Source: Promethearchaeota archaeon (GTDB lineage Archaea; Asgardarchaeota; Lokiarchaeia; Sigyniarchaeales; SOKP01). Taken from it: a DNA stretch of 64,000 nucleotides. Location of the stretch: NCBI GenBank assembly GCA_030599585.1, contig JAUVNS010000007.1, positions 209,694-273,693 of the forward strand. The letters run 5' to 3'. The position numbers and the translations under genes were made by a program. Below are positions 59,023-64,000 of this stretch, piece by piece. Each line of letters opens with the position of its first letter. Positions within the stretch are counted from its first letter, which is position 1. Under the pieces are notes generated by a model. That model was not told the origin of the DNA. It saw nothing but the letters and a program-made list of their open reading frames with translations, and made no database searches.

Positions 59023-60339
59023 ATGAGTATGGAAAAGAATTCTTTTTATATTGAAACATACGGTTGCGTTTCCAATAAGGCAGACTCATACATTATTTCA
59101 AGCGTCTTAAGCAAATCGGGATACATCTCGTCTACGATTGAAGAAGCAGAGTTTGTGATAATTAATACGTGCGCTGTGAAACAACAAACTGAAAATAAAA
59201 TAAAATCTCGTTTGAACGAGCTATATAATCGTTTTAAGAACGATACAAATAAGCATTTCATTATAGCGGGGTGTTTACCTCACATAGAACCCCGGTATTT
59301 AGATGTCATTAAAAATTTAATACCAAATTTCTCAGCAATTATCGATCTTGATAATTTAAGCGATGTTCCTTTCATTTTTGATGAAATTAATTCCGGAAAA
59401 ACAAATCTCATCTATAATTCAAAAGAATCAATCGATAAATCTAATTTCCTAATTGATCACCCTAAAGGAAAAATAACTGGAATAATTCCAATATCTGAAG
59501 GGTGTTTAGGTTCATGCACATATTGCTGTGTTAAAAATGCTCGTGGAAAATTGAATTGTTATGATCCCGAAAATATTGTGCGAAACGTAGAACATCAATT
59601 AAAACAAAATATAAAACAAATTTATCTTACATCTCAGGACTGTAGCACTTACAATTACAATAATACGCGCCTTCAGGATTTAGTTCAAAAAATAGTGGCA
59701 TTAAACTACGATTTCTTTTTAAGAATCGGAATGCTTAATCCAAGATTTTTAATTGATAAGTTTAGTCAGTTGCTTCAAATATTCAAATATAAGAAAGTTT
59801 ACCAATTTCTGCACGTTCCAATTCAATCTGGGAGCGACATTGTACTTGCAAATATGCAACGCACTTACAAAATATCTGATATTGAAGGAAAATTAAAAAC
59901 ATTAAGACAAAATTATCCTCTTTTAACTTTATCCACAGATATCATATGCGGGTTTCCGGGAGAAACTGAAGACGATTTTCAACAAACAATTGATTTAATT
60001 AAGTGGTTAAAGCCAGAAATCCTTAATATATCAAAGTTTACACCAAGACCAGGTACTAAAGCTAAGAGTATGAAACAAGTAGACAGTAGAGAAATCAAAG
60101 AACGCTCAATTAGACTTTCTAAGCTCTTTAGAGACTCATTAATTAACATAAATGAAGATTGGATAGGCTGGGAAGGAAAAATTTTAGTATTGCATGAAGG
60201 ATCAAAGCCAAACCAGGTGTTTGGTAGAAATTTCGCATATAAAAATATCTTTCTAGATCCCAAGAGTCCATTTGGTGAATTTGTATCTGCTCAAATCTAC
60301 AAAGTTAAAGGATTTAATTTATATGCTAAATTAGTCTAA
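59023..60339 (+). CDS. mtaB: tRNA t6A37 methylthiotransferase (archaeal MtaB/CDKAL1-like radical SAM)
   Basis: ETYGC-x-x-N, INTCAVK, AGCLP, EGCLGSCTYC, HVPIQSGSD, TDIICGFPGET, TRAM-like C-terminus. Confidence 0.88.
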   Translation: MSMEKNSFYIETYGCVSNKADSYIISSVLSKSGYISSTIEEAEFVIINTCAVKQQTENKIKSRLNELYNRFKNDTNKHFIIAGCLPHIEPRYLDVIKNLIPNFSAIIDLDNLSDVPFIFDEINSGKTNLIYNSKESIDKSNFLIDHPKGKITGIIPISEGCLGSCTYCCVKNARGKLNCYDPENIVRNVEHQLKQNIKQIYLTSQDCSTYNYNNTRLQDLVQKIVALNYDFFLRIGMLNPRFLIDKFSQLLQIFKYKKVYQFLHVPIQSGSDIVLANMQRTYKISDIEGKLKTLRQNYPLLTLSTDIICGFPGETEDDFQQTIDLIKWLKPEILNISKFTPRPGTKAKSMKQVDSREIKERSIRLSKLFRDSLININEDWIGWEGKILVLHEGSKPNQVFGRNFAYKNIFLDPKSPFGEFVSAQIYKVKGFNLYAKLV

Positions 60340-60896
60340 TTTCTCTTGAATTCAAATAGACCGGTATTCTTCTTCCTGTATTCTTCTCTCCCGGATAATC
60401 CAATTTCGTTAAAAAGCTCAATTAATTTCATTTCAGGAATCCCATGGGGGAGTGCTAAGAATTCTATTACATAGATTTTTCCATTTGGTTTTAAAGTATT
60501 AACTATGCTTTGCAATAAACCGGGTCTAACATCATCTGCTATATGATGAATTACCCATGTAATAACGATTTTATCGAATGTATTAGAAGGAATATCCATC
60601 TCTTGTATATTTCCTAATAGGTAGTTCACATTTGTATTTTTACGTAGTTTTTTACGAACCTTATTCAGAAAAGCTTCTGATAAATCTATACAAGTTAGGG
60701 TTCCTCCATTTGATAATTCTTTAATAATCTTTTTTGCTAATACGCCAGTTCCACTACCAAAATCTAAAACTGATTCTCCTCCATTTAACTTTAACGCTGG
60801 TAATAACTCCTTATAGAAATTTCTTCCATAAATTGGGCAAAATAATGAGTAGAACCAAGCAAATAATTTTGATGGATTTTTAAAATTAAAAGGCAT
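60336..60896 (-). CDS. Class I SAM-dependent methyltransferase
   Basis: VLDFGSGTG, CIDLS, FDKI...VIHHI, LKPNG. Confidence 0.85.
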   Translation of the reverse strand: MPFNFKNPSKLFAWFYSLFCPIYGRNFYKELLPALKLNGGESVLDFGSGTGVLAKKIIKELSNGGTLTCIDLSEAFLNKVRKKLRKNTNVNYLLGNIQEMDIPSNTFDKIVITWVIHHIADDVRPGLLQSIVNTLKPNGKIYVIEFLALPHGIPEMKLIELFNEIGLSGREEYRKKNTGLFEFKRN

Positions 60897-60933
60897 AATG
60901 GATGAAATTTTAAATATTATTTTATCGTATTGT

Positions 60934-61830
60934 CTATAAATTAAAAGCTTCTAACGCTTTTTTAGCTACGATTTCTCCCCATTCTTGGACAAAATGTCCT
61001 GCATCTTTAATTTTTAGAGGTTCAGGACATCTTGGAATCATCTTCCTTAACTTACGCATAACTGAAGGACCTAATATTGGATCTTGCATTCCAATTGCCA
61101 TAAACGATTCACCAGACCATTCATTTTGAAACCAATCTCGAGCTTTTCTGGATGTTTCCGCTCCTGGAGCATCATGTGTAGTTGGCACTAAATCTGGAAA
61201 TCGTCGAATTCCAGCTTTAAATTTAATATCAGGAAATGGTGCGTCATAGGCTTCGACTTCTTCTGGCGTTAAAATTGGGGTTCCTCGGAGCATTAAACGA
61301 CCAACATCCATATCTGGTGTCTTATTAACCCAGTCTCGAAAAGCTTTAAAACCTGGCGAGGGTACACCTTCACCCGTACCGAGAGCGGTATTCATTAAGA
61401 TCAACTTGGAAAACCTAGAAGACATCTCCACGGGTAATGTTAGGCCAATTAAACCTCCCCAATCTTGACAGACTAATATTACATTTTTTAAATCTAAATT
61501 TTCAATAAACCTTATTACCGAATTTCTATGAAAATCAAACGTGTAAATAGCGTCATCTACCGGCTTATCTGATCTCCCAAAACCGTAATAGTCTGGGGCA
61601 ACTACTCTATATCCCGCATTCACAAATATAGGAATCATTTTACGATATAAATAACTCCAAGTGGGTTGCCCGTGCAAGCATAAAAATGTATAATTGGAGG
61701 TTCTTGATCCCTCATCAATGTAGGCCAACCTTAAATCATCGTAGTCTTTAAGATTTGAAAGATAATGGGGCGTATAAGGAAAATTAGCTAAATTACTAAA
61801 TCTTTCTTCTGGAGTTCTTAAAACATCCAT
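60934..61830 (-). CDS. dhlA: Haloalkane dehalogenase (DhlA-like, HLD-I)
   Basis: RTPEERFSNL, LCLHGQPTWSYLYRKMIP, QDWGG, IGMQD, DAGHFVQE. Confidence 0.88.
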   Translation of the reverse strand: MDVLRTPEERFSNLANFPYTPHYLSNLKDYDDLRLAYIDEGSRTSNYTFLCLHGQPTWSYLYRKMIPIFVNAGYRVVAPDYYGFGRSDKPVDDAIYTFDFHRNSVIRFIENLDLKNVILVCQDWGGLIGLTLPVEMSSRFSKLILMNTALGTGEGVPSPGFKAFRDWVNKTPDMDVGRLMLRGTPILTPEEVEAYDAPFPDIKFKAGIRRFPDLVPTTHDAPGAETSRKARDWFQNEWSGESFMAIGMQDPILGPSVMRKLRKMIPRCPEPLKIKDAGHFVQEWGEIVAKKALEAFNL

Positions 61831-61884
61831 ACAATTATCAAACCTAAATTCTATTAATTAAAAAATAAAATCAAAAAAAAAGGC

Positions 61885-62790
61885 TTATTTTGCTACTTTT
61901 GGTTCTTTAAGCCCAAACTTCTCAAGAAAACTGGTTAATCGTGCCCGATGGAACTTCAGACCAAGATCATCCGGGTTAAATCCGAATGCTAAAGCGTATA
62001 GTTCGGTTAAATAGAGTATTGGAATATTAAATGTGTTGTTTGATTGAGCTCCGGCTTTCTTTTGATTTGTGTCTAATTGTTGAAAACACGCAGGACATAT
62101 AGCAACAAAAGCATCTGCTCCGGCTTTAATAGCACTGGATAGCTTATTTGCTAACATTTGGTTTCCTATTTCTGGTTCAGCATTTCCAACTCCAGTTCCA
62201 CAACAGACAAACTCTTCATCATATGCTACTGGTGTTGCTCCAGTCGCAGCGACTAATTCTCGTAACTTTATTGGCTCCATTGGGTCGTCAGTCTGAATTA
62301 TCTCTGAAGGTCTATTGTAATGGCATCCTGTGTGGCACGCTATTTTCAATCCGGAAAAGTCATGAGTGACGAATTCTTTAATTTTTTCAGGACCATAATC
62401 GTACAAAACTTCAACAAAATGCTTTACCTTAATACTACCCTTAAACTCTCGTCCTACTTTACTTAAAATCTCATTTATCTTTTTCCTCTCGTGGTCACTA
62501 TTAATCAATTCAGAATTTACCAACTTTAACGTTTGAAAGCAACCATTACAGAGGGAGATTATGTCTTTTCCTTCGTCCTCGGCAAGCGTAAGGTTACGTG
62601 CGCCCATAGTAAGCCAACTTGTATGATCAATAGCATGAAATCCTACGGGATCAGGACAACAAGCAAAGGCAGCATCGGAAGTTTTTATTCCCAGTTTATC
62701 AAATACTTTTCGGGAGCTAGCTTCAATGAATGGAATCCGATTACCAATTGTGCAGCCGGCGAACATTTTATATTCATCAACTTTTGCCAT
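61885..62790 (-). CDS. hdrB: Heterodisulfide reductase subunit B
   Basis: GCTI, ACCPDP, ARNL, LCNGC, HTGCHYNRP, CCGTG, CPACFQQLD. Confidence 0.92.
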   Translation of the reverse strand: MAKVDEYKMFAGCTIGNRIPFIEASSRKVFDKLGIKTSDAAFACCPDPVGFHAIDHTSWLTMGARNLTLAEDEGKDIISLCNGCFQTLKLVNSELINSDHERKKINEILSKVGREFKGSIKVKHFVEVLYDYGPEKIKEFVTHDFSGLKIACHTGCHYNRPSEIIQTDDPMEPIKLRELVAATGATPVAYDEEFVCCGTGVGNAEPEIGNQMLANKLSSAIKAGADAFVAICPACFQQLDTNQKKAGAQSNNTFNIPILYLTELYALAFGFNPDDLGLKFHRARLTSFLEKFGLKEPKVAK

Positions 62791-63300
62791 AATAAATCCT
62801 CTTTTTAATTTTGGAATAGTTATAATTATTCAAGTGCGAAATTTAATAAAAATATTGTTGAATCAAAGTATTTCTACATTGTTATATTATGTTTGTACTT
62901 GACATAAGATGTGCCTTTGTTTAACATGGATATTTGATACGAAATTCAAAACCTATCGTTATGAAATTCTATTTGTATCACCCACTTTTGGCAAAATATC
63001 ATTTCCAGTTAAATTCAACTCCTTAAATGTTTCTGAATGCTCGGTATGGAGGGGGTTAATTTCTTTAGGATTCTTTTTCAAAGGCTAATAAGTTCGATTT
63101 GTCAAATTTGTCTAAATCGTCATTGTCAATCTTTTAATTACATTCAACACATTCCAAACTCTCACATTAATCTCTTTCATTTGCAAAAATATCAGCAGAA
63201 ATATCTCCGTTTTCAATCAGTGACCAAATTCTTTATAAATAATACTATCTTAAAATTGTAACTATATCTTTAAGAAAATTAAAGATTGTGGTGTAAATCA

Positions 63301-64000
63301 ATGAAAAAATCAAAAAAAACGCACATCTTGTTAAAGGTTCTCCTTATTTCAATGTTTTTCGTAATTCCATATATGGTAATAAGTATACAGAGAGAGAGCG
63401 AAATTCTGATTGAGGAGAAGAATCCTAACGAGATTTTAAATACTCGGCCACCCCAAGCATCTTCTCCTTACTACGGAAACACGGCCGGAGATGCGCGTGA
63501 CGTTTACGTGAGTGGAGATAACGCCTACGTGGCGGATGGTTGGACGGGTTTGGCGGTCATCGACGTTTCCGACCCGACAAACCCGGGAACGCCCATCTAC
63601 GAAGACACGACCGGATTAGCAGATAGCGTTTACGTGAGCGGAGATTACGCCTATGTGGCGGATTATGGTTCGGGCTTGGCGGTCATCGATGTTTCCGACC
63701 CGACAAACCCGGGAACGCCCGTCTACGAAGATACGACTGGAGAAGCACGTGGCGTTTACGTGAGCGGAGATTACGCCTATGTGGCGGATGCTGGTTCGGG
63801 CTTGGCGGTCATCGACGTTTCCGACCCGACAAACCCGGGAACGCCCGTCTACGAAGACACGACCGGAGAAGCAGTTGACGTTTACGTGAGCGGAGATTAC
63901 GCCTATGTGGCGGATAATGCACAGGGCTTGGCGGTCATCGAAGTTTCCGACCCGACAAACCCGGGAACGACCCTCTACGAAGACGCGACCGGAGGTGAAC
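63301..64000 (+). CDS. Secreted/surface LVIVD-repeat (beta-propeller) protein, 3'-truncated by window edge
   Basis: MKKSKK + signal/TM, then repeats of VYVSGDYAYVADxxxGLAVIDVSDPTNPGTPVYEDTTGxAxx; absent from the ORF track because it has no stop in the window. Confidence 0.88.
   Translation, partial: MKKSKKTHILLKVLLISMFFVIPYMVISIQRESEILIEEKNPNEILNTRPPQASSPYYGNTAGDARDVYVSGDNAYVADGWTGLAVIDVSDPTNPGTPIYEDTTGLADSVYVSGDYAYVADYGSGLAVIDVSDPTNPGTPVYEDTTGEARGVYVSGDYAYVADAGSGLAVIDVSDPTNPGTPVYEDTTGEAVDVYVSGDYAYVADNAQGLAVIEVSDPTNPGTTLYEDATGGE
63481..64000 (+). repeat. 126-bp tandem coding repeats (at least 4 units)
   Basis: CGTTTACGTGAG recurs at 63501, 63627, 63753 and 63879; one sampled line is 60% GC. 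Confidence 0.92.

Noticed and set aside
62830-63261. ORF 63037-63261(+) and stop-riddled minus-strand frames
   Set aside because: No recognisable family; possibly a decayed gene but not supportable.
63481-64000. CRISPR array
   Set aside because: The 126-bp period is in frame, encodes LVIVD repeats and has no unique spacers.

Overview
Low-GC (roughly 30-35% by eye) archaeal chromosomal DNA, most consistent with an Asgard archaeon (Lokiarchaeia/Promethearchaeota-like). This is inferred from longin-like domain proteins, an SDS22-type LRR protein, a UEV/RWD-like-JAB fusion, multiple SCP2 proteins, HdrB/CCG Fe-S proteins, GGTGA-type ribosome-binding sites and oligo-T terminators. About 60 genes are present. 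They include two aconitases, anaerobic lipid/acyl-CoA redox modules, a GH2 beta-glucuronidase, class II ribonucleotide reductase, a tRNA methylthiotransferase, AlaX, HdrB, transporters and small Zn-ribbon proteins. No rRNA, tRNA, CRISPR array or transposase was recognised. Main observations: (1) two unrelated secreted-protein genes (45280, 52445) share one framework: an identical 16-nt promoter, a ~100-nt leader closed by a conserved stem, a similar signal peptide and a ~82-nt 3' hairpin with a 40-nt identical core; (2) between them lies an operon of five membrane-anchored left-handed beta-helix proteins resembling split modules of the Pls/NRPS terminal domain, plus a nitrilase-family gene; (3) several genes appear to start at ATT; (4) longin-TIR, UEV-JAB, LITAF-like and PCI-like proteins occur; (5) a GC-rich Fe-S paralog and its tandem neighbour both sit behind remnants of the same MFS gene; (6) a GC-rich LVIVD repeat gene varies mainly at two positions per repeat. 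All calls come from reading motifs by eye; no database searches were run.
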